A stretch of DNA of 64,000 bases, from NCBI GenBank assembly GCA_003693705.1, contig RBZT01000546.1:1-64000 (forward strand), read 5' to 3'. The translations under genes were made by a program, and so were the position numbers. The stretch is from Polymyxa betae A26-41. Lineage: Eukaryota; Protista; Endomyxa: Phytomyxea. Below the pieces are notes generated by a model. The model saw only the letters and a list, made by a program, of their open reading frames with translations. It searched no databases and had not been told where the DNA came from. This document shows, one piece after another, positions 48,330 through 61,837 of this stretch. Position 1 is the stretch's first letter, and the number at the start of each line of letters is the position of its first letter.

Positions 48330-48661
48330 TCAGTCTCATATCTATGCCAATCATCAACACTACTATGAACAGCAAACGTACCTTCAAGCGTAGGACCAGA
48401 TTCAATCGGCATTCCATGACCAATGAGCACAAGCACAGCAATGAACAAGGTTCTGCAGATCCCTAATCTCACTGATTGCTTACTTGATTGACAGCTGCTT
48501 TTCTCTGTACCAGTAGTAATCATGTTCATTGTCAATACAGTATTCGGTATCATAGTCTCTCCTGTCTAATTGGCTTCATTCAATCTGTCAAATATAGAAA
48601 CTACAGTTATCATATATGACCATATGTGTACCCTCTATTAGGGTAGATCTAACCTCATTCA

Positions 48662-51600
48662 ATGCTAGTTCGAACCAAACGCGCTCTGAGATCCACCTCC
48701 ATCAATATCGATGATGACGGCTCTCTTAGAAATCGATTTCAGAACGGATACGAATTCGGTGTTCTCCTTCATCGACTTGGAGTCATTGATGACGTTGCGT
48801 TTCACAAGTAACGTGAAATTCGTACTCAGCCAGTGGATCTGAAACGTTTCAACACACAGGTATCGAAATGAGAATTGTCCCAGCTCGATTCTGTCGAATT
48901 TCTCCCTAATTTCCACTCATATTCGAGTTGGATTGGGTGTGGCTATATCACAGCGTCGAATCAATGATATCATCACATTACAACCGGATTCTGCCGTTAA
49001 ACTGCTCAATCTGATCGTCAGCTTGGTCAGAAAGAATCAGCGACAGATCCAATCGAAACACGAAATAGTTCACGATCGTCTCGATGAAGAACCGAACCTT
49101 TTCATCGAAGCAACCCTGGACGCCGGCGTCGTTGTACAACAAGATGTCTTATTGCTTCGAAAATTCTACGAAGCACAAAAGGCAACCGACGGTTTTGTGC
49201 AGACCTCCTTCGTCTCATACAACTGGTGCTATAGATATCTGAACACGAATATGACGAGAACCTTCGTCAGAAACATGTTATTGCTGAAGAGATGGTGCGA
49301 CAATTACATCAAGACGTACTGGCCCGAAATGTAAGCAGCGTTGTGCATTCGCTGGTAGATAGATATCGAACAGATTTTAGTATAAAGAAAGGCGTCTGCA
49401 GGAGAAGGAAATATCTTCAGCTTTGAGGAAATCGGTTCGGGATTGGATGCGACAGCAAGAACGGCAACAGGTTCTACCCTTCCTACATGCGTTCGTGTCT
49501 CTATCTAACATTTGTTGACAGCTCATGACCGAGCTCAGTATTCGCTACGTCCGAGACGAGATTCGCAGGAAACGCAAGCAGGAAATCGCCCAGCTAAGCC
49601 GCCAAGAGATCGTATGACAAGCGATGTGCTTCCGGGATTCTCAAAGCTGAATAATTTTCAGGCCGAGTTCGAGAGAATTCTTGAGCGGGAGTTGAGTATC
49701 GCAGATCAGGTATCAGATCGTCCGCCGATCTATCCTCCTCCTGGAACCAAGTATGACAATATCTTGCTGTATATTGAGGCATTGGGCCAAGCTCTGCCAA
49801 AATCGGAACTTAAATCGCATATGCCTCATGATCAGGTTGATGATTAACACATTTCGGATATTAGAATCCACTGATTCTGTATGAAGGATCGGGGTCAACA
49901 TGTCGCCCGAAATGAGACGCTTGTCAGGCGCCGAGAGACCCTTGAATTAGCAGATCTAGCCGATGAAGACGATGTCGAACTCATTGTTGATAAAGGCCGG
50001 GTCTCTGATAATTTGAGTCAGGCCGATTCAGAACAATTGCGAATTTATCTGAAGTACAACGTATTAGATCAATCCGATGAGATCGCCAAACAGCTGGAAG
50101 CGAAACGCGCCCTGAAATTGTCGCAGAAAGAGGAACGCCTTCGGCAGCATCAGTTGTTCCAGGAAGAATTTCAGCGTAAAGCTGAGAAGGCCAGAGCCGA
50201 GAAAGAGCCTGAATATACGCTCTGGCTGGAACAGTTACTGGATCAGATCTATTGGGATAAGGTCGGGCAGAACTCGCTTCTTCGAGATCATCATATCTCT
50301 GAGACGAAGACTTCGTAGCAAGTTCGTATTCAGAAGGATTATTATAACTGTCAACATCTGGTCATGGCCTTGGTCGAAACAGCCATCAATGTTTCCGAAT
50401 ACAGAAACTCGGCTAGCGAGGATGGCAGAGTTCCGCGATCGTGGATGAAGACGTCCGTCGGGTTTCACGTCTCATGACCAACGATCTAACCCCGCCCTTA
50501 GATGGATGCATCAGAGCCGAATTGACAGTCAGCCAGAAATGACGCCATCATTGAATGAAGATCCTGGAAAGGATGAGACGTGTTTGGATGCGTTCCAAGA
50601 AGAAGGTTCCGAGAAGTCGTTGCTGGATCTTTATCTGGTGCGATTTCATCATGATGGGATGGTTAGCTAACGGGGGTTTGTGGCAGGAGAGAAAACCTGG
50701 GTTCACGTACCCGAACGAGGAAATCGCCAAATGTCGAGAGACCGCAGCCGCTGGGCCACAGATCCCACCTCCGAGAGGTTCAGCTGCTGTATAAAGATTT
50801 ACAACGTTGTAATCGTTGATGCACAGAGCCGCGAACACCTGTCAAGTTTGTTCTGTGCGGAAGCGGTCTTAACGATTTGTTTGACGCCATCCAACAAACC
50901 TTCATTATACCGATACTGGACTATGCTGCATTTCTGGAACGACTCAAAACGGGAACAGAAAGCGGTATGTTGATGTTCGGTTTTACAACAGGGGGATTGA
51001 ATAGCTCAGGCCCAGATTCGGATACCGACTGGAGGAAAACTGTACAGAAGGCTCTGAATCATCCAAAGAACCAACCCAATGTAAATACTTTAACTGATAT
51101 TGCAGTTCATCTGGTAGCGTCATCGCCATCTTTTATGGCTATCAATATACCAGACAACGTTGTTGAAGCTTTTGTCGCATCAGACACGAATATTGTACTG
51201 ATTCGTTATGAAGGTGGCTGTGATAGTAATCAATAGTTTGATCTCAATGTTGATTTCAACCCAGGAAATATCGCGGCGACATCATCTCAAATCAAAGGCC
51301 TGGTTCTTGAACGTGAAAACGCCATGGGATGTCGTTATGTTCCTAAAAGAGAGCCCGGTGTGGTTGAATATGATTCGGCTCTTACCTTGGTCCAAGTTTG
51401 TACCTGTTTACGGCAGAGTTTTTGAGTTGTATTGAACCTACTATTGCAGTCATGGGACAACCTGATATCTAAATATCAAAACGGTGTTAGGCTGGCATTA
51501 CGGCAAGAACAAAATGGCATTTCCTCCATCAACAAATCAATCGAGGCCTCTTTAGAATCATTCTTGGCACTGGCTAACGATAAAAGCATTTTCAGCTCGA

Positions 51601-52217
51601 TCCAGTTTTCAGATTTCGATGTCAGTATGATCTTACAAGCAGTTCGGAATTTGTCGTTAATAGTGCACTATTCTCAGATCGAAAATCTCAACCAGAGAGA
51701 TGAGCTTGATGAGCAACTTTGGAGCCTGTCATGCGAACATCGACAGAATTTAGAGAATCATGTCTCAGTTGACAACATCGTATCGTCAATAGATCCTTTG
51801 TTGGATCCGATTTATAACAGTGAACCAATTGGATATGATTTGCTTTTGTTAATTTCCACTAGGCTTTGTGATGATTGACTCTGAGCACATCGCTGAGGTG
51901 AAATCATGGATAGCGCGTTATTCTGAGCTATCTCAGATAGAGAGGCAGATTCCAGACGTTGTTCCCAGTGATTACATTAGCAGAGTCGAGAAATTCCTAA
52001 GCGAAATTAGTATTAGGACGAAATTGGGCTTGAAAAATAGCTGCATTGAAGTTCGAATCTCGATGGAGAAAATCGTTAAGGTTCAGCAATGTGGTTTTAT
52101 GGGATTTTTCTGATTTTTATATAGAGAAGAGTGCTTATTGACGATCAGTGGATTAGAGGGGTTGTTACTATGCCAAGCCTGGCCCGCCCGAACATAACTT
52201 TGAATAATTTGGATTAA
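48662..52217 (+). CDS. Protein with an N-terminal SPEF2/SPEF1-type calponin-homology (CH_2) domain plus coiled coil, multi-exon
   Basis: Spliced start ...RFQNGYEFGVLLHRLG...K|YRN..CPSSILSNFSLI...LGVAIS....NDII...PDSAVKLL. Whether all downstream exons belong to one gene is uncertain. Confidence 0.6.
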
Positions 52218-52302
52218 TATTATGTAAGAAAATTGCCAAAAATGTTAGTCACTGAGTGAATAAATAGATTGTATTACATTTACCAACTAGGATGTGGAAA
52301 GA

Positions 52303-54016
52303 TTATGAAACCGTTTGGACCTTGACCAGCATTGCGTTCAGTGACTTATCGCTGATGGAGATCGATTGTATATTTTGAAAGAGTATCGTTTCGTCCATAT
52401 TTCTTGGAATCTTATTCAACAAATGAAGGCATTGCTCAAAGTTAGATTGCAGAAATGCACGCTCGTACATTTTCAAAACACCGAGAGCTGCCCTAAACAT
52501 GAAGACTTGACCGTATACTAAGAAGCAATCCCATATTCTGCATGCAATGTCCAAAGGAAATGACCGACTGAATATCGTCAAGATCCAGTCATACAAGTAC
52601 ATATCCGACGTCAATTGCAATTCTTTGAATTTTTGGGCACATCGGGGAACGTGTTTCTGAAGCAGTTTATCGAAGACGTTCAAATGCGCCCGGCCGCTCT
52701 GGAAGTCGCGAAAAAGTGTAAAATATCTACAAGACATTTATAATTGTGGAGCGGGCCACTTTATGATGTTCATACAGTTCTCGGTTTAGCAAATTGGCTA
52801 ATGATATAAATGCATTGCATTCGTCATCGAGATTTAACAGCAGCATTGCAGCAATATATGACATCCCTGTAATGCAAGAATAACTACGAATAGATCCATT
52901 AGGCGGGATCATGTACCTTGAATATAACCAACATCTGGTCTGAAGCTGACATACGTTTTAAGGATATTGATCAACGGGGCACGAAGAGGGCCATCGCCAT
53001 GAAAAAACTGTATAACAATTCAATATAAGCAAGCTTTTTACTGGATAAAGCGACCTGCAACTCAGGAAACGTCCTAGGAGCATCAACTTCAATGAGATTG
53101 GCAGAATCTTCTTTACTAGAGGCATCAGCGGCACTGCTTTTGGTCCTAGCTAGCAGGATTTTATACAAATCTGAGAGTATGTCATAACAAGGTCATTCAG
53201 CACACCCGAAAACTGTCAGCTTGAACCTCTGGTTATCTTGAGGTCATTCCCAATAATAGCGAACCACGCTTCCCCTCGACATGAGCTTGGGATTCCTCTC
53301 CAGCACATATTTCGAAGTTTCCTTTGAGCCGGAATTTCTCTGACGGAATTTGAGTTTGTGACGTATAAAGTTGATGTTCGGAGCTACGTTTTGTTAGACC
53401 AAATCTGCAGCAACTGCTTCCAAGCGACCCTATCCTCTTTTATCTGTATTTCTCGCTGAATCGAAGGCTCTTCGGAATCTATCCAATGAAAAATGAGCGA
53501 TCTGGGAACACAAGAAAATAACCATACCTAAGGAAAATGGCCGGTTTGTTGATTGAGCGGTGAAGTTATCCACAATGCCTAACATTATTTCAGGTAAACA
53601 TCCAATTAATCGCGTTTAAAGCACCTTGAAAAAAAGCACGACCTCGTCGCTTTAGGTCGTCAACTTGACTGATCTGCTTTGGTGATTCTGTTGTTTCGAG
53701 AGCTTTTCGAGTAGGGGAAGAGCTTCCGTTAGAGTGCCGGCTATCGAAAGTATATTACTAAAGAGGCTGCAAAACCTTTCACGAATTACCTGTACTCAAC
53801 AGCATCATCAACTTCACTGGGAGTATTTTGAGAAGAGATGGAGACAGAAGTTAATTTTGGCGAGTGTGATGCTTCGATCTCCAAATTCAATTCAACGCTG
53901 GGGGCAATATCTGAAGAATCGGAAACTGGTCTGGAGTTTCTTGGGGAAAACGATGGAACGGGCCTCAAGAAACAATTAATTTATCGAAAAACAGAAACAA
54001 TCAAAGTTTACTTCAT
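52303..54016 (-). CDS. TBC-domain Rab GAP (TBC1D12/14-like)
   Basis: WRGIP..CRG.AW...IGNDL.IT; IEVDAPRTFP; RPDVGYIQ|GMSYIAAMLLLNL; YLYDWILTIFSRSFPLDIACRIWD. Confidence 0.9.
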
Positions 54017-55463
54017 GTCAGAGCTAGCTGTTTCTGCGAACAGCGACACCTCAACGCTAAGATCAGCCTCCCTGACCACAACAAGCTGTTATAATCGACC
54101 ATAGCCTTAAAGACGAAGGGCAAAATACTTTACTGAGGTTATCGGATTCAGATCGTTTTCAAAGTTAGAGATGTTAAAGGCTTTATCATAGACACTGGAT
54201 CGTGTATCGTCGCGCTTACTGGGAAACAAACAGTTGGCTATGCATTGTGATGAAAACGAGAAACAAACGACTTCGACGAATCCGATGACGGATGCTCAAC
54301 TCCCGTGTTAACTATCTGGACTTTGACTTCTGGCTTGGACAGTTGCTCAACCAAATCATCTACTTTATCGGCCTGATCGTCGGGATCAAGCTGATCTGCT
54401 GCCTGCATGATGGCGATCGGATTACAGCAAATCTGTATCGATGCTGATAGGGTACATTAGAGATATGATATCAGACGACGGGTCTTGACAGCAGGTACAT
54501 GTGTGATATCATAGGGCTGTTGACTGGCATCCCCCACAATCATGTAACAGAACACTAAGAGGCCGCATCCCGCTCCCTTTTAGGCTCATATAGGAGGCAG
54601 CAGCCATGCTCAAGAAATCAGAAGGACCTTGATAGCGTGGCAATCTAAGGCGACAGGAACGATGCAGCCCTGATGATCATTTACATAGCAATAATAACGA
54701 AAGGCCGCATTCTGCTCGTTAATGGCCGACTACGGTAGGATGAGTGGAGTCCTAGGTTGGACAGAACAGAAAACGAAAAGCAATTTCTCGATAATCTGAG
54801 GCATCTTATGGAAACTCTGAAAATGTGGTCGTTGGCACTCGTTTAAGGTAAATTAAGAATGAGAAACAGACAAAGACATCGTGATCAGCTGACTGTATGT
54901 ACTGCCTTCGAAGATAACCTGGGTCAGCTTTGCCATCATGCCAAACATAGCTGGTTCTGTGTGTATCATACTGTACTCAAACCATGACCTACAGACGAAC
55001 ATTCCCGATTGAATTGTTTTATCAATCGGTGTTCCGTAATTTCATGACCTGACGCCTGTCAGAGGTCCAGCCCTGACGAGAGCTCGCATATGCCTTCTGA
55101 ATACTCGCCAACGACCATCTGCTAAGCGATCAACAGGAAGGCAAAAGTAGGAAGTTTCAAACAGTTCAGCTATGCAATAGATGGGATGGTTGCTACGGCC
55201 GTTTACGACCGGCATGGGAGCCCGCTTTATGTAGGATCGTATGGGGAGGGAAGACTCTGATAGGACACAGAATCATTGCATTATGGACCTAAATGCCAGA
55301 CTCCATTTTGTCAGATGATTGCCTATGGACTATGAATCTATGATGGCAGATGGAATGTCAGACAGGTGACCCCGAGGCTGCGCACACCGCATTTCGATGC
55401 GGTCTGGAGTTCATCGTTCCTGGAGACCCCCCAATCTGAACCCAGCCTGATCCGACGTCATTG

Positions 55464-57477
55464 ATGCCGCCTCCTGGGTTTCCACCGCCTCCAAATGGGA
55501 ACCAGTTTCAATTTTTTGGACCACGTGATCCGAGGCCTATTACGACTACTGTCTCCCAGACGCCGAATGGGCAGCAACTTCCAATGCCGCCTGTGCATCC
55601 TCTCATGATGCCTAGCAATATCTCACAAACTTCTAATGGCATTCATCGTCCCATGACAGTTTCGTCGACTCCCGTTTCGTCTCAGGCTGCTCCTGCATCG
55701 CCTAGCCAACAACTGCAATTCACAACGTATCACCTAGCAAGCCTTGCTGGGCTAACTGGAAACAATCCCGATCCGTTCCATCATTATTTCTGCCAGGCAA
55801 TGTTCAATGTATACAAAGTTGATCAGCTGAAAGCCATCATCCGCTATATTCGAGATTTATACTACAAGCAACGGCTACCGATTCCTCGCAGACTAAATAT
55901 GAACGGCAGGAAACAGAATCTTATTGATGGTAGCGTATTCTGTCGTACCTTCTCGCATTGGCAATGAACAATGCTATTCAGGGCTGGTGGAATTCGTTAA
56001 TTCAACTGCCAATCCCTGTATTCTGCACGGGAGTCATCGAAAGGGACTTGCACCGTTTGCTCACATCACTGATCCCAATGCATTGAAATCGTGCACTTGT
56101 TATCCAAGTGACGAAGCAGCTCGTAATGCGGCCACTATAGGTTCAGTACTTTACCATCGCAAATTCAATACTGAACGCTTATGATAGCTGACGCCGCTCT
56201 TCTGAACGCCCTGACCGATATTCCCGAATTTCTTCGCATTGAAGGTCTGTATTCAGACATCGAGGTTCTTACCTCAGCGTTTCTCCGGTAAAATTTCGAT
56301 AGATGATTTAGTTGCAGTTCTGAGTATCATTATTCAGAGGTAGCGGCTCTATTAGTATGCAGTTTCAGATGAATTCACAAAGACTCGCTCAAGTCCAGTC
56401 TGGGGCTTTCAGGATCCTCTTGAGGTCGATTACTTTCATCTTTTGGCTTCTGTTTTGAAATGGCTGTTCAGGAGGTTCTGCCCGAATTCAACCAGATACG
56501 AGCTTATTGATAACCGGATTCTTGTAAGAATCAACGGTCAAACTATCATCGTACCTCCAGTAGTGTGCAAATAATGTTCCCTTTGCCTTGATTGTAACTG
56601 CTCGTTTAGCAACATATCGACATGAAGAAGAATGCGAGGCCGGCACCTCCAGTTGATATATCTGGTTGGATACGGAATGGCGAACAACAGGTCTTCATAT
56701 CATCTCACGTTATTCGAAGTGTGATGACGGTACAATTCGTGAGGGTCTTGTCTGTCGCCGATGTCCTCCACTCTTTTGCATATTTCCGCCCACTAATAAC
56801 CACATCGTTTAGGTTATCGAAATGATTAAGAAGAAGGACGAGATTCCGGAGGCCGCCCCTCCAAGTTCAAAAGATTACGATGATGATGATATCAGGCCGA
56901 GCAACATGCTGGTATCACTTCGGTGCCCTTTGTCGATGATTAGAATGAATGTAAGAGTCTAGACGTTCTCTGACTGAAGTTAAACCGTCTTTGCAGATTC
57001 CAGCGAAAGCGACAACCTGCAATCATCAACAGTGTTTTGATTTGGAGAGCGTTATATCGTATTGTAAACAGTATAATAAGTGGACATGTCCAATCTGTTG
57101 TAGTCCGATAAAGCGTTCGTTCTATGTTGGTTTGTTTTTGAACATTTCCATTAAATATTGATAGATGATGATATTCGCATTGATTCATTCTTCAAACGTG
57201 TCCTTGCTGGAGCGGGACCAGATATAGACCAAGGTGCTCATTGATGGTTTTCAAAAGTCTCTTTGTTTAAATTTCGATAGCAAACGTTGGTGTTGAGGGT
57301 TCCATTCAATATATTGATCCCGAAGCCGAGAGGAAAAAACAGGAATTGATGCAAGAACGCTTATCAAAGCGTAGGCGGCTCGTTGAAGAGAGGGGCGTCG
57401 TGCAGAACGGTGAGCCAATCGCACCTGTTGTTGTCATGGACGGAAGCAGTTTCGATTGTCCCTTTGTAATAGACTGA
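55464..57477 (+). CDS. PIAS/SIZ-type SUMO E3 ligase (SAP-like, PINIT-like, SP-RING/zf-MIZ)
   Basis: KVDQLK.II...LNMNGRKQNLID; PAPPVDIS; VSLRCPLS..RM.|IPAK..TCNHQQCFD...WTCPIC. Confidence 0.85.
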
Positions 57478-57960
57478 AGTCAATTGTGTCTCGCTTACAA
57501 AAAAAGGTGCGTCTAAAGTTCATCATGCTTTCAGGCTTCAGTTCACTGGATCGAATTTTCATCATAATTCGACTCAAATACTTGAGCCTATAATGAGATG
57601 TTTTTGAAAAAGTTTATGCGGCGGCAAAGGGCTCAGCAATCAAAGTTTATTTGCTTGAGCAGTATATCTGCCGAACATTTTATTCTGGCCTTTATCACTT
57701 ATCTTATCTCTATTTTGTCATAGGTGTTGCTGCTACAATCCCTGTTCGTGAACATGTATTTATTTATTCTAATATACTTAATATACAATCTCCAGTCAGC
57801 AAATTTTTCTTTCTAATTGCGTTCAGATATCGAATCATTGTTCACTGGTCCGGTAATATTGGTCGCCAGAATTCAAATTAGATCAGAATCGACCCGGGTA
57901 CCACCAGGTTATCTTTAGTCGTTATATTGTTTCCCAGTTATGTCCTAGACCAGGGATTGA

Positions 57961-60900
57961 ATGTCAAACGGCGTCATGCCTATCCTCGATCTACGCGTCG
58001 GGAAAGATCAAATTGAAGGCCGTCCAACGCGCCGTTACCGCCGACCGGTTACTGGGCTTCGAAGCGCAGGCGGCGCTGCTTGGGGCCTACATCCTCTAGG
58101 TCAAGGATCATTGACGGCGAGGTCGTCGGCAGAAGGTTTCATCAGTCGATTCACCCCTCGAATAAGATCATCAACGCCTGGAATTGGACATCCGCGACCA
58201 GATACAGCGCCACCTTGCCATCCATCTTCGAACCACACGCTTACCAGGAAGCGCATCGAACGAATCAAACTTCAACTGAAATCAGATCCGTCGGAATCCG
58301 TCCCGATTCGTCCTCAAACTCAGCAGATAGAAGGTGGGCTGCCGATTCGTAGAGACTTATGTCTGAATCAGTTTCAGGTGATATCGAACTCGTTCATTGG
58401 ACGTCGCGTCTGGCGCCGACCGAGCATGAATTGCGCCGCCATCTGGTCAGCGGTGGTCAATTCCAAGGCCTTGATGAGTTCGATGGCGATACCAAAGAGA
58501 TGGCAATGCTGGACGACTGCGGCGGCGACCTGACCCGATTATATTTAGACTCGTGGATGAAATCGTATCAGAACGAGAGCGTCATGTTCGCATCATTGGC
58601 CGTCTTCATTGAGGTGAAGCTGCGCGAGATTCAGCAGGCGTCCCGAGGTGCCCCGGTTCCGAACGCCTTTCGAACCGCCGTCTGTTGCGATATGATGTTG
58701 AAGCTGTCTTCGACTTTGGGTAGCTTCAGCACCGCATTCGAGCCGCTCGTCAAGGAGCTTTTCGATTCCATCTATATCAAATTCGACATGACCGCAACGA
58801 GCCCTTTCCAAGCAACGCCCTTCTTCATCGAGACGAACCGCCTGCGAGAGAAGAATGGCGATCTTGACAAGCGGATGCGTCTTCTGCTGGACGAGGTCAA
58901 CATTCGGAAAGCACGTTCAGCCGTCAGTCGAGGTGGGCTTGAGAGCGTGATCCGGAACTGGCAGTCCTCGATTCTGTCGAACACGTTTCGTCAATGGCGC
59001 TCTTATGTCATTCACAAGAAGGACAAGATCGACAAACTCTCGGTTGGTAAATCTGGGCCTTCATATTGCATATCGCCAATTGTTGATATTTAGAGATTTT
59101 TTCGCAAATCGAATACGGTGAAAGACCTCGTAAGAAGCTATAAATGAAATTCGCTTGCCGCTCAGTACATTCAATAGTTCCTGCGTTGGCGAACCGTGAC
59201 GAGTCGATCGGCGTCGGCGAAGCTACGGCGCCTGATTCAGAAGCATCGCGACATGGTGGCCGAGTATGAAGAGAGGCAGCGGGCCATCACCGAAGAGCGC
59301 GATCTGCAGAAGGCTTCGTTGCAGGCCTGCCTCGGCAAACTGAACGTGGCCGAAGCCGATGTCTCAGTCCTGAGGAAACAGGTCGAGATGACAACCGACG
59401 AGATCGTGCAGGAGATGAAGGCGAAGATGGCTTCGCTGCAGGTCGATTACTATCGTTATTCGATCGCCATGATCGGTGAACGACTTCGCTCGTGTCGTGA
59501 GATGGTCGTCAACCTATTCCAGAACGAATGGCTTTGCGACGCCTATCTGCTTTTAAATCCGGGAGAAGAGAATTTCAGCGAACAGGATCTATTGAATCTG
59601 GTCCCAGAAGATGTCGTTCTACGCTGGGTCAACCTTCGTCTGCGTTCCTGCAAAGACACGAAAATCGACCCGGTCCAAGACCTCTCGGTCGCGTTCCAGA
59701 ACGGAGAAGTCCTCGTCATCCTTCTTAGTCAGATGGCGCCGACCCTGATCACGCTGCATTCGCTGGACGACCCAGACCCGAAAGAACGCCTCAAAGACGC
59801 GTTGCAGGCGGCCGCCGAAATCGGCGCCAACGACGGCCCATTAGCCATGGTCGCCGACGTCTTCGAGAACAAGGCCGATCTGACGTTCGTCCTGCTGGCT
59901 CGTCTCATGTCCATGTTCCCAGGTCTGCACCCTCGCAAGCAGGCGATCGCAGCCGAGCTCGATCAACTTGATAATGTGATTCATAACTGGGAGAGGTTGC
60001 GCCGCTCACGTAAAGGGCGCCTTCCTTCAGAACTTTCTGGGTTCACTGCCCATGTCGATCATGTCAGCCCACAACCCCTTCATAGCTCTATCCGTTGACT
60101 CGTTTGCAGATCGTTGCCAAGAGTCTCGGCGTCCATGATCGACTGCTGCGCAGGCATCGGGTCTGGGAGAAGATCCTCGTGAAGATCTCGGGCATGGCCT
60201 GCAATATGCTGGCGGCGCGAATGCGCGGCGAACCGATCGTGGTGAACGACGCCCGCGAGAATGTCGAGATGGCCCATTACCGGTCGCTGATCGCATCGAA
60301 GATCGAGCGGCTGATTCCGAGCAGTCTGTCTCCGCAAGAAGAGCTGGTACGAGTTCAGGCCCAGCTCGACCGCTATGCGATCGCCAATCGGCGCGTTTTC
60401 CGTCACTACGCTGCCGGCGAGGGCGTCGGCAGCACCATGTCCATTAACGAATTCGTGAAATTCGTCCAGGACGCCAAGCTGGTCGGTAAGACGCTGAAGA
60501 TGCCGCAGGTCGAGAAAATCTTCCAGCTGGCGAATTCGGACGGCGGCCCAGCGCCCAGCCAACCTGTCCCGGAGACGCCCGAGGTCGGCATCGACGACGA
60601 AGACGCCGTGAAAGACGACACCGATGGCGACGCCGATGACCTCGGCGGCATTGGCAACCCTGATGAAGAGCTGATTCCGCGCGAGTTCGTCGAGTGTCTC
60701 ATACGTCTGGCCGTGAAGAAGTTCGCCAAGCCGGCCTCTGTCGCGGATCGTTTCGCCATGCTCATGGAGAACTTCGTTTTGAAGAACGCCATGCGATCCG
60801 AACGGTTCCGGGAAGATCTCTGCTCGGTACGTCCGCCGTTATCATGTCGCCCTCGGTTACAAATATCATGCTCAGGTCAAAGTCAAAGACGTGTTCGATC

Positions 60901-61381
60901 GTTACAAGGCCTGCTTAAAGGCTATCTTTAGATATTATGGTACAAAGTTTCATGTCTTAATCGTCTGTTGGATTGAATAGTGCTTGAAGCTGCTGGCGGA
61001 AGGAAGGCGAAGAAGAGACATTCAACGAAAGACGATTCGATGAGCTTGGACGAGTTCAAGCTGATGGTGCAGGAATGCGCCTGGGTCGACGCCACGTTCT
61101 CGCTGGCCCACGTCCAGTCGATCTTCAGCAACATTCAACGGACTGAGGAGGAGGATTCGGCCGAGGTTAACACTGAGCTGGTCTACGACGAGTTTATCGA
61201 GGGGATCGCGGCCATCGCTGTCATGAAAATCCCGAACCCATATATCGAGATCGATACCAGGATCGAAGACTTCATCCAGACACGGCTTTTGGCGCCGCTG
61301 GTTAAGCTGAATTTGATACCCGGACTGAAGAAGCTCATCAAGGCCAAACAGAACGCATCGAGTACCGAATTCAGCTCATAA
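57961..61381 (+). CDS. Calponin-homology + EF-hand coiled-coil protein (probably cytoskeletal or flagellar)
   Basis: Fimbrin-like CH LLNLVPEDVVLRWVN...QNGEVLVILLSQMAP; EF-like pairs MSINEFVKFVQD / ELIPREFVECLIRLA and MSLDEFKLMV / ELVYDEFIEGIAAIA. Confidence 0.75.
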
Positions 61382-61600
61382 TGGTCGCTGTCAAATAATC
61401 ACAAATACGAATTAGGATAAATACCAATTGCATATTCAACAAACGGTGTCAGAGTTCGTATTTCGCCGCAAGATTGGTCCAGTACAGTCCGATTTTCATC
61501 GGTCTCGGCAAAGCCACGGAGCTGGGTCCAGGTTCATGTTGCAGATGAATATCGTGAAAAAAACGCTACCGGCTTTTAAGAATATCTTGCAGCAGGCTAT

Positions 61601-61837
61601 ATGATAGAGGAATCACATCAGATTCTCTGCGTCGTCGCCGTCGTGGTGCTCGTCTGCCTGTTGGTGACGACCTGGGCCCGACCGGGACGCCAACGCCAGC
61701 GTCAGGTGCCAATTCTGCCGCCTGGTACCGGCCTGTATCGGCAGACACCCCAGGCCGACTTCTTGTACCATCCGCTACCACCATCAGCACCTCCGCTTCG
61801 AGACCCAAATCAGCATCTGCCGGATCCATCGCATTGA
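61601..61837 (+). CDS. Putative small single-pass membrane protein with a Pro-rich tail (PSAP)
   Basis: 78-aa ORF: ILCVVAVVVLVCLLVTTWA, then basic RPGRQRQRQ, then PLPPSAPP; locally GC-rich like coding DNA. Confidence 0.45.
   Translation: MIEESHQILCVVAVVVLVCLLVTTWARPGRQRQRQVPILPPGTGLYRQTPQADFLYHPLPPSAPPLRDPNQHLPDPSH

Noticed and set aside
54668-54735. Hammerhead-like CTGATGA...CGAAA
   Set aside because: Stem II lacks the closing pair, there is no NUH triplet after stem III, and there is no stem I partner.
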